Part shown: positions 10,440 to 24,015 of the stretch, piece after piece | Position numbering within the stretch: position 1 is the stretch's first letter | Layout: each line of letters begins with the position of its first letter | Source: Dendrobates tinctorius | Lineage: Eukaryota | Assembly: GCF_039654945.1 (NCBI RefSeq) | Contig: NW_027361676.1 | Coordinates: 32,426,001 to 32,490,000 of the forward strand | DNA length: 64,000 nt | Direction: 5' to 3' | Notes under the pieces: model-generated | The model's database searches: none | The model's input: only the letters and a program-made list of their open reading frames with translations | What the model was told of the DNA's origin: nothing | Program-made: the position numbers and the translations under genes

Positions 10440-13400
10440 ATGGTGGACGAACAGCAACTGCTGCAGTACATCCGGCAGCTGGAGGGCAGGTTGGCGGCTC
10501 TCGAGCGTTCAGCCTCAGCTGCATATGTTACTGCGGTCGCTGTTCAGGCAGCCACGGAGGCTGTTTCCCGTGTGACCACTGCCATCCCTGCCACAACTTT
10601 GTCCCGCTGCCCCAGAAGTTCTTGGGTGATAGTGCTTCACGTTGGGACTTCATGAACCAGTGCTCTATACAGCTAGAGCTGCTGGCGGCACGATTCCCCT
10701 CAGAGCGGGCTAAGGTGGGATTTGTTGTTTCCCTCTTGTTGGGCAGGGCTTTAGAGTTGACCACACAGCTGTGGGAATGCGGTGATCAGGTGGTGCAGAG
10801 CGCTTCTCAGTTCTTGGCCACTCTGAAGCAGGTTGTCTTCAGACCACGAGCCACCCATGACACCACGCTCCAGCTGCTGGCATTGTCACTTGGTCAGCCA
10901 TTATGCCATCCGGTTCCAGACCCTGGTCTCTGAGCAGGAGTGACCAGACAAGGTCCTCATCCCAGTGTTCTGGAGAGGCCTGGCTGACCACGTGAAGGAT
11001 ACCCTGTCCACCAGGAAGATTCCAGCTACACTGGAAGAGTTTATTACTGTCTTTACCCGTATTGACCTTCACTTCGTCGAGCGAAGGATGGAGCGGGCCC
11101 AGTGTAGGCAGAGTTTAGGTTGGCACCTAGTTTTTCAAAACTTCAGGAGTCTTCCGATAGGGCGTCCAAGCCCAAAGAGGCCACGGAGGGTTCTCACTCG
11201 GGAACCAGGTCTCGGTCCGTTCGAGCACCCGTGGTCTGCTATGTGTGCCGGCAGTCTGGTCACCTTGTCAACCAGTGCCCACAGCGATCAGGAAACCACT
11301 CTCGTCCACTGGTCATTGGGGGAGGCTTACTGGACTCAGCGGCGTTTTCCCCTAAGCTGTCCTTTGGGGGGACGCTTGAGTTTGGTTCCTCCACTCTGGC
11401 GGTGGAGGTATGCGTGGACTCCGGTGCAGAGGGCAATTTTATGTCATCTGCCTTCGCTCAACGGCATGCAATACCCCTGGTTATGCAATCCAAACCAGTC
11501 ACTGTCAAAGTGGTGAACGGCGCGACCCTACCCTCACAGATTACACACCAGACCGCCCATTTGGTACTCTCGGTGTCTCCATCCCATCAGGAGATGATAT
11601 CCCTTCCCATCATGCCTGAGGGTATCGATCAGGTCCTTTTAGGGGTCCCCTGGCTACGCTACCACTCCCCTCATATAAAGTGGTCCTCAGGGAGAATTCT
11701 GGGATGGAGTAAAACATGTGAGGATAGATGTCTGAGGGAGTGCATCTAGGTTGCCTCCACCGAAGTCCCCGCAGATCTTTCCTCTCTCCCCACACATTAT
11801 CAACAGTATGCAGATGTGTTCTCCAAGCGGGCGACAGAGACTCTTCCTCCTCATCGCCCCTTCGACTGTCCTATTGACCTCTTGCCTGGTGCTGAGCCAC
11901 CTCGGGGTCAAGTATATCCCTTTTATCTCCCAGAGACAGAGGCCATGTCTCAGTATATCAGGGAGAATCTGGCAAGGAGCTTCATTAGGAAGTCGGTGTC
12001 ACCAGCAGGGCCGGGATTCTTCTTCGTCCAGAAGAAAAACGGAGAACTGCGTCCCTGCATCGATTACAGGGGTCTTAACGCTATCACCGTTAAGAATAAG
12101 TACCCTCTGCCCCTGATATCAGAGCTGTTTGATAGGTTACGGGGAGTGAGAGTGTTTACCAAACTCGATCTGTGGGGGGCTTACAATCTGATTCACATCC
12201 GTGAGGGGGACGAATAGAAGATGGCTTTTAACATGAGGGATGGGCACTATGAATACCTGGTGATGCCCTTTGGGCTCTGTAATGTGCCCCAGCCGTCTTC
12301 CAAGACTTTGTGAACGATATCTTCCAGGATATGCTTACCATATCGGTAGTGGTCTATCTAGATGATATTCTCATCTACTCTCCAGATATTGACTCCCACC
12401 GGAGAGATGTTTGCAAAGTCTTCGACCTCCTGCGGGCAAACTCCCTCTATGCCAAGTTGGAGAAGTGTGTGTTTGAGCAGGACTCCTTCCCTTTCCTGGG
12501 CTATATCATCTCCCCCCAGGGATTGGCTATGGATCCTGCCAAACTACAGGCGGTGATGGATTGGCAGAAGCCCCATTCTCTCAAAGCGGTGCAGCGCTTT
12601 ATAGGGTTCATAAACTACTACCGCCAATTCATTCCCCACTTCTCGACTTTCGTAGCCCCCTTGGTGGCCCTCACCAAGAAGGGTGCAAATCCCAAGTTGA
12701 GGTCGGAACCTGTCTCCAAGGCCTTCTCCTCCATTAAGTCCCATTTCGCTAGCGCTCCCATTCTACATTGCCCTGATGTAGATAAACCCTTCATTCTCAA
12801 GTTGGATGCCTCGTCTGTCGGTGCTGGAGTGGTCCTGTTCCAGAAGGACTTGCAAGCTCGGAATCACCCATGCTTCTTTTTCTCTAAGACCTTCACACCG
12901 GCGGAGAGGAATTATTCCATCTGGGACAGGAAGTTGCTAGTGATAAAGTTGGCCTTCTCGATGTGGAGACATCTCCTGGAGGGGACTCACCACCCTTTCC
13001 AGGTGTTCACCGACCACAAGAACTTGGTGTATTTGCAGACAGACCAGCGGCTAAATTCTCGCCAGGTCAGATGGTCCTTGTTCTTCTCCATGTTCCACTT
13101 TACCCTCCATTTTCTCTCTGGTGAGAAGAACATCCGGGCCGATGCTCTGTGGTGTCATTGGAAGAGGAGGAGCCTCTGCTGATTGTCCCTTCTGAGAGCC
13201 TGAGGACCGTGGCTCCAGTCGCTCTTGAGTCAGTACCCACGGGCAAGACATTTGTCCCTACCCATCTGCGACCGGAGGTCCTCTCTTGGGCTCACTCATC
13301 CAGGGTGGGTGGACATTTTGGGACAAAATGGACCTCTGAGCTTCTGGCGAGGACGTAATGATGACTGCATAAGGCCCATGATGTCAGGGACTATATTCGG

Positions 13401-15285
13401 GCATGTGTCCCCTCGGCAATGGCCCGCTGGGCTACTTTACCCCCTACTGGTAGTGGACAGGCCCTGGGAGATGGTCGGTATGGATTTTGTGGTGGGACTG
13501 CCCAAGTCCATTGGCAGCACGGTCATTTGGGTTGTCACCGACCATTTTTCTAAGCTGGTGCACCTGGTGCCTCTTTCCCGGTTATGTTCTACACGGGGCC
13601 TGGTGGCGTTGTTCATTAAGCATGTCTTCCGCTTGCACGGTATGCCGGACAAGATTGTCAGTGACCGAGGTCCCCAGTCTGTGTCTTGCTTTTGGAGAGA
13701 GTTATGTCATCTGCTCAGAGTCGAACGGGTTGGTAGAGAGGGCCAACCAGACCCTGGTCACATATCTTCAACATTTTGTCTCAGCTAGGCAGGATGACTG
13801 GGCATCCTTGCTGCCGTGGGCGGTGTTCACTTTGAACAATGCTGTGGCCAATTTCACTGGTCAGACCCCATTCTGTTATGATTGAGTCACTGTAGGAGGC
13901 AAAAACAGAAATGCTAGCTAAGTCCTGAAAACCGGAGAAGTTGGCAACTATCAGATTGCAGACCCCTGAACCTATCAACACAACTAGCAGTAGCCGTGGG
14001 GGGTTCCTACGATGACCTAGACCCCTCGATCACAGCCGGAGAGATACATAGTCCTAAAGAAGGAAAGGGGAAATCTAACTGCCCCAGAGCAGACCCCAAA
14101 GCAATAGGCAGCCCCACACATATAATGACGGTGAAGCAAGATGAAAACACTTACACAGACAGAAAGACAGGCTGAGCAAAGACGGGGCCCAAAAACTACC
14201 TAGATAGGAACGGATAGGAAGGCTGCTGTCTGCAATCTGCCAAAACCCTATCAGAGACAAAAGCCAACAAGCTGATATAAAAATGGCCCTGAAGCAACTA
14301 AGCTTCAAAAACTAAATCAGCACTCAGGTACCTTCAGAAGACAGAGCTCACGGAACACTGCACACTCCAGCAGGGAGTGGCAGAATCCAAGAGCAAGAAA
14401 AACAAAAACAAATCTTAGATGCAAAAAGGCAAAACAGAAAACTTAGCTTTAGGAGAGCAGGAATCAGACTGGTGTCCAAGAGTCCACAGAGAAATCACCC
14501 GCAGGGCAGAAAGGGCGTAGGCTGCCTTAAATCCAGTCAGTGACTCCACTCAGCCAATCGTCTTCATTAGTCCCAGGTGTCTGATAATCAGGCTCACTAC
14601 CTTCCTTCACTAGAATAGGGAGTTCACCAGGCCTCAGTGACGGAGGGGAAAATGAACTCACAACACCATTCCTCCTTAATTACGGCCAGCGTCTGCGCAT
14701 TCCAGTTCCCATGCCCGTGTCGTCCACCGACTCTAGGGTGGCAGACTGGGCGGTGGAAGCACATGTCATTTGGGACCGCACTCAGGATGCCATACGGGCC
14801 TCCAAAGAGAGAATGAGGTCTTCTGCTATCGCACACCGGCGCCCCACTCCCACCTTTGCTCCTGGCGACTTGGTGTGGCTCTCTGCTCATAACATCAGGC
14901 TGCGGGTTGAGTCCACTAAATTTGCGCCTTGCTTTATAGGTCCCTTCAAGCTCCTTGAGCAAATTAACCCTGTGGTCTACCACCTACTGTCTGGCTCTTC
15001 CTCCACACCTGGGTATCATGGACAACTTCCACATGTCTCTCCTTAAGCCCGTTCATTTGTCCTGGTTTTCTGAGTCATGTACCGGGACATCGGACTTGTC
15101 CTCGGACGAGTACAAGGTGAACGTCATCGTGGGGTGTAAGGTGGTACAGGGCAAAAGGTATTACCTGGTGGACTGGAAGGGTCATGGCCCAGAGGATAGG
15201 ACCTGAGAGCCTGTGAAGAATATTCATGCTCCCCTGCTCATTGCAGCCTTTGAGCATAGCGAGGCGCAGGAGGGAGGGGGCCCAA
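10440..15285 (+). pseudogene. Disrupted gag-pol of element B
   Basis: Gag start MVDEQQ, CCHC CYVCRQSGHLVNQC, protease VDSGAEGN, RT YLDD, RNase H, integrase, chromodomain YYLVDWKGH, split over many frames by stops and frameshifts. Confidence 0.9.
13874..14665 (-). mobile_element. Solo LTR of family C inserted in the integrase of element B
   Basis: Near-identical to 39241-40038. TG...CA ends. 6-bp TSD ccattc (13868-13873, 14666-14671). Confidence 0.95.
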
Positions 15286-16379
15286 TGTTAGGCGTCGGAT
15301 TCCTGCCTCTGCACAGGGGGAATCTCGAGCCTTGCCTTCTGTGGTCTCCCATTCAGTCCCAGCCGCAAAGGAGCCTGCTCAGCAAAGACATCATTCCCAG
15401 CGTCTTGTTCAGGCTAGTGCTGTCAGGATGGTTGCTGCTGACACCTCTGGGTCAGCTTTGGCAATCCGCACTAGCCAGCAGCGAGCAGCTCCAGAGGCTA
15501 AGTCCTTTTTGCAGCCTTCTGAGCATGCCCGTAGGACAACTTCTCTTTGGAGGTTCGGGGGTCACACGCTCAGGTCCTCAAGCAGCTCTGATTGGGCCAT
15601 CACGAAGGTCCCAGAAGGCTGCGCCTATAAAAGGATCACATGGCAGCACAGCCGTGTGCTAATATAGTCTGTAATTTGTAGTGGTATGTGTGATGATGGA
15701 TGCTTGTGAACCGCTGACTGACTCATTATGAAACCCCTTCCCTCTGATACGTATGTTAGTAGGGTTTAGAGTTTCGAGTCAGTGCTGAGTAGTGGCACTG
15801 CCTAGCACCGCAGTGCTCCCAGCTCCTATCACATGATGGCGCCAGTGTGTGCCATGCTACATTAGGCACTATGATACCGCACATTCAGCAGCATCAGTCA
15901 GAGCGGCGCCGTGCGCCATTAATACTCTTTCCAGGCCAATGCTTAGGCTGGCTAGTGCCATCCGTCAGAGCTGTGCTGTACGTATTTCGTGCGGTATTCA
16001 TCTATTAGCTGCACCCTGTGACTGTTAACAGGGCACAGCGCTCAGTAAGGGTCTCTCCCAGGCATCGCAGTTGCGGTACCGAACGCTAGTGGGTCTAGAG
16101 GGACTCTAACCCCGTGTTCTTGGTGCAGGGTCCTGTGACCAAAACACTAGCGTTCACTCTGCGGTATCGCAGCACTGTGAAGCAACAGGGTCTGCCTCCT
16201 ATTCACCGTGTGAAGTTAACCCATGTGTGTTTGCTATACCGCCAGTTTCTGTCTGCCATTACCAAGCAGCAGTCCATCATCTCTGCACGGTGGACCATCT
16301 TTTATTATTTGGTGCGTTCCGTCAGCCCTAACATTGCCTAATATTGTGTAGGGTGACTTATTGCCACTAAAGAGTCTCA

Positions 16380-16830
16380 AACTCATCAAGACATGGACTC
16401 CGCAAGACCTTTGAAGCTGTGGTATTTAGATTCAAATCCTTAGTAACAGAACATTTAAGTCTTGCAAATTGTGCGGTGTGGAATTCTTGATACAGACAGA
16501 ATGTTCTAGTAGATTCTAGTGAATTATGAGATATTAGTAGGCCAAATCAATACTTTAAACTTTTTGTCATGTTCCTAAACGCATACAGAAACCACTTTTG
16601 CAATGTGGTAGGGCACATTTCCCTTGTTGAAAGAGACTATTGCCAATAGGGAATACCATTGTCATAAAGAGGATTACTTGGTCTGCAACATCATTTAGGT
16701 AGGCAGTATGTGTAACAATCACATGAATGTCAGGATTGCCTCGGCTGGCTTTCTTCTTTACATGTATCTAGGTGCCATCTCTTCTATGAGCAAGTGATTC
16801 ACATAAACATAGCAGTCCAAATCATGAAAA
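16380..16830 (-). mobile_element. Degenerate Tc1/mariner-like fragment
   Basis: Resembles decayed Tc1 transposase antisense sequence. No ORF, pattern recognition only. Confidence 0.35.
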
Positions 16831-18769
16831 GGAAAGCTTAATAAAATATGTTAACGCCCTTGATGTTCGATTAGATCATAGTACAATAAAGGGTTAGTGG
16901 ATATATGCTATACACTATACACTATACTATACACTTTCCGCTCTCTCTTTATATTTATAACAGTAGAGGACAATGTACAGAATTTCATTTTTTAACAAAT
17001 TACGGTATTTAAAAAATTAAAAGTGAAGAGGTGTAACAAAAATAGAAGCAATTTGCAATCATTTGCACTTCTATTATGCAAATCACCTGTTAAGAAGTGA
17101 AATGTTGGCATGTTTTTGATTAGCATACATTTATGCAAGTGATTTGTTAGCAGAACACACTTGAGAAAAAGATATTTTAAATTGAAAAAAGAACAAAATT
17201 CTGCATCACCTAAATTCTAGAAGTTTAGAACAGTTCAGAGTTTGGTTAAAAAAGCAAACTCACATGAGGCTTTTTTCATGCATGAGTATTTTTGATAAGT
17301 CTTTCATTAGTATTTTCTGCCAAAACTAGGAATTTCTCCAAAAAACAGAACTTTCAATTATAGTTTTTTTCTTTCCACTCCAGGTTTTGGCATACAAATG
17401 ATGCAAACTACAGCCCAAATACTCATATGTGAATAAGCCATTTACTAAGACCAACACAAGCTAATATTCTAGAACAATGTAGGGGATGTTTTGCTTTCCT
17501 GGAAAAAGCACAAAGTTGGATATCTAAATATCTGAATTAGCCAAAAACTCTATGGTGAGAAATGTACAGAGATTATGGATATACTGTAGGTCTTAGAAAA
17601 CTACCACATTAATGATTAGCATATTGCTCTTAATAATTGAACAGTATGAGTAAGCTCTTTCTTTCTCTACTGCCTATTACTCACTCTCAAAATTGTATAA
17701 TTTACCGCATAGTACATACAGGGGATTTGGATCTATGTATCAGAAAAACTACTACTCATCTCTACCCAATTAATATGGAATAAAAATTCAACTATGTTTT
17801 GAATTGTTGAATGTCGGGGTAGAGGGACTACACATTTGAGGGGTAGCTGCCAAAATCACTAATGTACTCTACTTGTGGTCATTAAAACCATCCGAGGAAG
17901 GCTCATCTAATATATGGTATTAAATAAGGCTAAAAAATAATAAGCTTGACCCAGAAGGAGAAGGTCAAGTGGAGAAGGAGGTGGATATGGACATGGTGGT
18001 GTAGGAAGAAGAGGCAAGAGGTTACGCAACATTGTTTTTTGTTGGTTTTTTGTTGCTTTTTTAGTAATTCTTTTAAAAGTTTTTTTTCTATGTATGTAAG
18101 AGTTATACATACTCCCAGCCAGTGGGCATGGTTTCACTCTCCATACACCAGTATGGAGCGTGGCAGCGCCCTCTACTTGTCAACACCCACTGGCCATCTG
18201 CATCACTGGTTAGGGTGCGGCCTTGGCTCCATACAAGTGTAATTAGCAAGGCCACACCCACTGGCTGGGGGTATGTATAACTCATACCCTCCGTTCCCAG
18301 GTATAAAACCAACAAATCCCCACAGCACACTCTGGGCATTCATAAGTCTGCAGTCACACAGAGTGATTGCAGACTTATGCTTTGACTGGACAACCCCTTT
18401 AATACAACATAGAACTAACCAAACAAAAAATGACAATGTAGCACAGGAGAAGGAGGTCCAAGTAGAGGAGAAGGGGGAATAGGAGGAGGTGGATGTGGCA
18501 GTGTAGATAGAACAGGCAGTGGAGAAGATGGCCATACAAGTGTAAGTAGCAAGGCCACGCCCACTGGCTGGGGGTATGTATAACTCATATATACCCTCTA
18601 TTCCCTGGTATAAAACTGGCAAATCACACATTGGTTCTTTTGGGGGTTTTTTTCATTTGAGAAAGCCTCAAAAGTAAACAAATTGCAAATAGCATTTAAA
18701 ACTGGCTGGGTGCAGCTGATCTAGTTGTCTAGTCAGCCAAAGATATGAAGAAGTCCTGTGAGATTCAAG

Positions 18770-21085
18770 CTTTGTTCATTTTAATAAATTTTAGCTTCCC
18801 CAAGTAGGCTAAGGACAGGCAAATGTGCCTGTCTGTGATCACATCATGCTAAACATATGTTCTGATAAAATACTTCCCGCAGGTCAGGCCAGCACATCCA
18901 AAGCATAAGGGGAAAGCCCAGACCATGTGTCCAATGTGAACACTCATAAGTTAAATGGAGCAGACCTTTCAGTTAGTATGTGGAGACATGTGGACAGATA
19001 TTATTCCACCATGTTTTTGTAATGCTACCTACTGCTAATACGGACAGTATCAGATGGTGATGCCGGATGTTTTGGCATGCCAAGTATGTTTTGCCACATT
19101 TCAGCCATGCTAACCCTGCTTTCCAAGATGGTGGCGGTTCCACAGCTTCGATGGCAACTTCCTCCTCCTCTGTCTTGTCCTTCCAGTGAGCCTCTGCTGT
19201 CAGGTGGGAACACCGTCAGTAGTGGCTCTACCAACGTGTGCTTGTATTCACTCTGGTGATTGAAGTAATGACGTTGTCCTTGTAGCAGTGATCCAGCAGG
19301 GTGGCATCCCAATTATCAGTAGTGGTAACAATTTGGCAACTCGTTGGTTGTTGTGCATGAACAGTAGCATGTATTGGCTCATGTGTTTCAGGCTGCCCAA
19401 AGGCAATGACAAGCTGTCCTTGGTGGGAGGCATATGGTGTATGTTCTCTGTATCCTCCCAGCCATGCTCCAGTCATGTCCTTGAGCTTATTTCAGTGCCA
19501 CTCTGTTGGGAACATGTGTCCTCCTCCTCATCATCCTCTAATATTGTCCCCTGCTGGACAGTTGTGTACCTGGCCACTGTTGGTACAGGAACACACCCTC
19601 CAAACCATGTGTGGCAACAGGCTTGATAACGTTGTGAATGCTCCCTTTTCCTCCTGATCCTCTTCCTCTGTTCCAACACCTCATCTATCATCACCTGAAG
19701 CTTTTTTCTAGCAAGCATAGAAGTGGTATAGTAAGGCTCATGATGGCATCATCAGTGCTGGCCATGTTGGTGGTGTATTTGAAGAAGCACAAAATGGCAC
19801 ACATGTCCCCCCATGGAGGCCCAAATGTTGGTGGGGAAGTGGTGTTCCACAGAGCAACTGAGCCGAGTGTGCTGCAGATGAATCTCCTCTATTTCCTGCT
19901 ACTTGCACAGTCTTTCCATCGTGTGCAATGTGGTTTTCATCATTGTGATATGCCACATATCAGTCAGTGAGCAAGAAGGCAGAAGTGACACTGCAGCATA
20001 GACAGGTGAGCAGCAACAAGGTGAAAATGCCGAAAGTGAGCGCACACTGCCTGAACTTTCAGCAGAAGCTCTGACATATGTGGGTTATTTTTATGGAAGC
20101 TTTGCACCACCAAATTCAGCACATGTGCTAGGCAAAGGATGTGCTTCAAACCAGATGGGCCAAGAGCTGCTATGAGATTTGACTCATTATCATGCACCGA
20201 TAGGCCAGGTTTGAGGTTAACCAGGACCAACCTTGCATTTGTCTGTTGTCTGATTACAGTCCACTGCTCCTGGAAGGTGTGAGTTTTTTCCCCAAAACAG
20301 ATAAGTTTCAGAACAGCCTGCTGTCATTTAGGGTCCCGTTACATTTAGCGATGCACCAGCGATCCCGACAACAATACGACCCGGTCAGGATCGTTGGTGC
20401 ATCGCTAAATGGTCGCTAGTGAGCTGCCAAACAGCAGCAGCGGTCGGCGGTCGATACTTACCTCTCAGACTCGGTGATGATGACTTCTTCTGCCCCTGTC
20501 CATGGCTTGCTCATCGGCGCCAGCAGGAAGCCGACGACGAGAAAACGGCCCAGGACATTCTTGCACGATCACCGATAACCAGCGGGGGAGCCGGTCGGAG
20601 GTCAGTGTCACATGTAGCGATATCGCTAGTAATATCACTGCTGCGTCACAAAATCGGTGTCACTTTAGCTGGCTGTGCTGAAGTTGGTAGTGAAGGTCTT
20701 GTGACTGGATGAGGAAGTGGATTTGGAGGAAGAGGCAACTTGGACAGAGGAATGTCCAGCAATACAAGGTAGTGGTGGGACATGAACTAGAATGCCTTTC
20801 GCCTCAGACCCAGCCGCCACTACATTTACCTAGTGGGCAGTTAGGAAGATGTAACTTCTCTTTCCATGCTTTCTGGTCCACGTATTGGTGGTTATGTGGA
20901 CTTTGCCATTGATAGAGCTGTCCAGTGAAAACACGTGATTTAGACAGCAACAAGTGTGCACAGGGTAGGCATGGTTCACCTGGAATAGTAGTGGCTGGCA
21001 ACAACATACTGCAGGACAGACACCGCAATCAGTTTTTTAAAACTGTCCATATCCACCAGCCAGAATGGCAGCATTTCAAAGGCCA
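18770..21085 (-). pseudogene. hAT (Ac-like) transposase remnant
   Basis: DNESN and CLAHVLNLVV (CxxH) motifs in ORF 19964-20230, an RWNST-like segment near 19890, and a C-terminal dimerisation-like segment (VLAxPAGSILSExMFS) at ~18850-18900. Confidence 0.85.
20328..20668. mobile_element. MITE fragment (PIF/Harbinger-like) inside the hAT remnant
   Basis: CpG-rich insertion with internal inverted repeats (agcgat...atcgct) interrupting the transposase. The right terminus is unclear. Confidence 0.5.
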
Positions 21086-23668
21086 ATAAAGATGAGCGAA
21101 CCCATGGATGTTTGGGTTCGGGTCCTGTCAAACATTTTAAAAAAGTTCAGTTTGGGTATCAGAACGGTGTCAGAACCTGAACCTGGAACACATTCAAATG
21201 AATGGGGGGCCCCAACATCATGTGTTTACCATGCTGTCAACTGTTTGATCAGCGGTAAAAAGGTTACCGCTAGTAAGAGTGCTCCTGCTCCCACGCTGTC
21301 ATACAGATGATAGCTTGTAAGCCAGCAGCTCTGACCAGCGTTAAAATGGTTACGGCTGATCACTGGCATTGGATGATGAGTACTACTCATTTATACATCT
21401 GGTCTATCTGATAGCAGCGAGAGCAGGTGTACAGTGATGGAAGTATTCACCAGTGGGCACCTGTACAATAAATAAATATATAAGAGATGTAGGGTCTGTT
21501 CTATTCTTGGTAACCAGCTAAGACAAAACCAACAACTGCAGACTGCAGCCCGAAACAGTCAGTTTTATCATGGCTGTTTATCAATTATAGAGGGGTCCCA
21601 CATTAATTAATAAATAATTCAAAAAACAGCATGGGTTTCCCCCATTTTTGACAACCAGACATCTGGAGGCTGGTATTCTCAGACTGGCAAGGGACCATGG
21701 ATATTGGCCCTCCTCAGTCAAAAAATAGCAGCCTGAAGTTGCCTCAGAAAAGGCAGATCTTTTCGATGTGCCAATTCTGGCTCTTTGCCCAGAACTTCCC
21801 ACTTTCCCTGTTGCTGCCGCAAGTGGGGAAATATTTCTGAGGTTGATGTCAGCTTTATAATATCAGCTGACATTAAGCCCACATGTTATTAATGGAGAGA
21901 CATCTATAAGACACCCCCATTATTAACCCAATAATCATATTGTAAAAAATACACAGCCAGAATAAAGTCCTTTAATTGAAAGAAAGACACATACTCCTTT
22001 ATTTTAAATAAATACTATTTTCCAATTTATTACTGCAAAATAAAAAAATAATAAACCACCATATTCCTCACCTGTCCATCGAGAAGTAAATCCACACCTG
22101 GTTTCTTGAAGAGCTTCAGTTCTGCTACATCTGGGTGGTTTGCTGAGCACTGGCATGATGCAACCGCTCAGCAAGCTAGCCAGAACACACTATGACAGGA
22201 GCATGATTACGCTGCAGTGTGTAGCACTGATGTGAGAAAGGTCACTGGAGTTCAAAGCTGAAGAACCCCAATTACCTCACTAACATCACCGCTATCATTG
22301 TGAGAAAGTTCTCACACAGCGAGCAGTGACATCTGTGAGGTGACCAGAGTTCACCAGCTACTAACTCCGGTGACATTTCTTACATCAGTATTACACACTA
22401 CAGGAGTGTAATCACACTCCTGTCTCAGTGTGTTCAAAATAGAGGAGTCTATATCTTTCTTTCAATTAAAGGACTTTATTCAGCCAGGACATGTCTGTTT
22501 AGCCTATTGCTGGTTATTGAAAACAGGAGGGATCCCATGCCATTTTTAGGAGGTCTCCATTATTAAAATCAGCAAAAGGTAAGCAAACAGCTGTGAGCTT
22601 TTATTAATTCCCTTAAAACCTTTATGGATATTGTCCCATTCCCAGAATATAAACAATAGCCTCCAGACATCGGATTTCCCTCAGCTGGTTATGAAAATTA
22701 CAGGGGACCCCAAGCTGTTTTTTCATTTATTTTTTATTTATTAACAAGTACAGTAAAATACACACCCAAGATAGCATTTGTTACAGCCTTCAGGTGTTCC
22801 AGAAGCTGGAAACTTCAATAGCCTTAAAATGGCCCTCAAAGTGTTCAGTAAGGTTTTCAGGCCTTACAACTGCCACGAGACTCGGTGGCAGTGAACTCTG
22901 GCAACCTTTAACCCCTTCACGACCTTTGACGCCACGTAGGCGTCATGAAAAGTCGTGACAATACGACCCATGACGCCTAGGTGGCGTCATGAATTTATTG
23001 CCCCCCTGCGGGTCGGGTGACCGGGGTCACTGAAAGGTCACCCGACCCGCACACAAAGGACCCTTCAGAGTTAACACCTGGGGGTGTGGCTTAGCCCCCA
23101 CGTGCCTGCAATCGCTCTGATTGGCTGTTAAAAGTGAAACTGCCAATCAGAGCGATTGTAATATTTCACCAATGAAAAGTGGTGAAATATTACAATCCAG
23201 CCATGGCCGATGCTGAAATAGCATCGGACATGGCTGGACACTGAGACCCGACCCCCCCCCACACCGACTGACGGCACCGATCGGCTGCCGCCGCAGTCTG
23301 ACGGCACCGATCGGCAGCCACCGTCATAATCTGCCCCCGCCTTCCCTCCGCCCCCCCAGCCCTCCGATCACCCCCTCAGCCCTCCGATCACCCCCTCTCA
23401 CTCTCCTTTGTGCCTCCGATCTCCCGCTATCCATCCCGGTGTCCTGCCGTCCAGCGTCATGGGCGCCGCCATCTTGGAAGATGGCGGGCGCATGCGCAGT
23501 GCGCCGAATCGAATCTGCAACGCTGCAGATTCATTCATTTATTTTGATCACTATAATAAACTTTCATAGTGATCAAAATTAAAAAAAAGTAAATCACCGC
23601 CCCCTTATCACCCCCATAGGTAGGGACAAATAATAAAAAAAAAAAAAAAAAAAAAATTTATTTTTCCA

Positions 23669-24005
23669 TTAGGGCTAGGGCTAGGGCTAGGGTTAGTGTT
23701 AGGGTTAGGGTTAGGGCTAGGGTTGGAATTAGGGTTAGGGTTAGAAATAGGGTTAGGGTTGGACTAAGGGTTAGGGTTGGACTAAGGGTTAGGGTTGGAC
23801 TAATGGTTAGGGTTGGACTAAGGGTTGGAATTAGGGTTAGGGTTGTAATGGGGATTAGGGTTAGGGTTGGGTTGGGATTACGGTTAGGCTTGTGGTTAGG
23901 GTTAGAGTTGGGATTTCGTTAGGGGTGTGTTGGGATTAGGGTTGAGGTTAGGGTTATGATTAGGGTGGGGATTAGGGTTAAGGGTGTGTTGGGGTTAGGG
24001 TTGGA
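23669..24005 (+). repeat. Degenerate telomere-like (TTAGGG)n array inside the transposon
   Basis: ttaggg units mixed with ctaggg, ttggactaaggg and ttggaa variants over ~340 bp. Confidence 0.9.
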
Positions 24006-24015
24006 GATAGAATTG

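Larger units (their letters stand above)
9713..16333 (+). mobile_element. Decayed Ty3/gypsy chromovirus B
   Basis: 5' LTR remnant ~9713-10411, complete 3' LTR 15286-16333 with TATAAAA at 15626 and a PPT upstream. No matching TSD found. Confidence 0.92.

Noticed and set aside
23669-24005. True telomere or chromosome fusion site
   Set aside because: Degenerate, single orientation and enclosed by transposon TIRs with a TTAA duplication.
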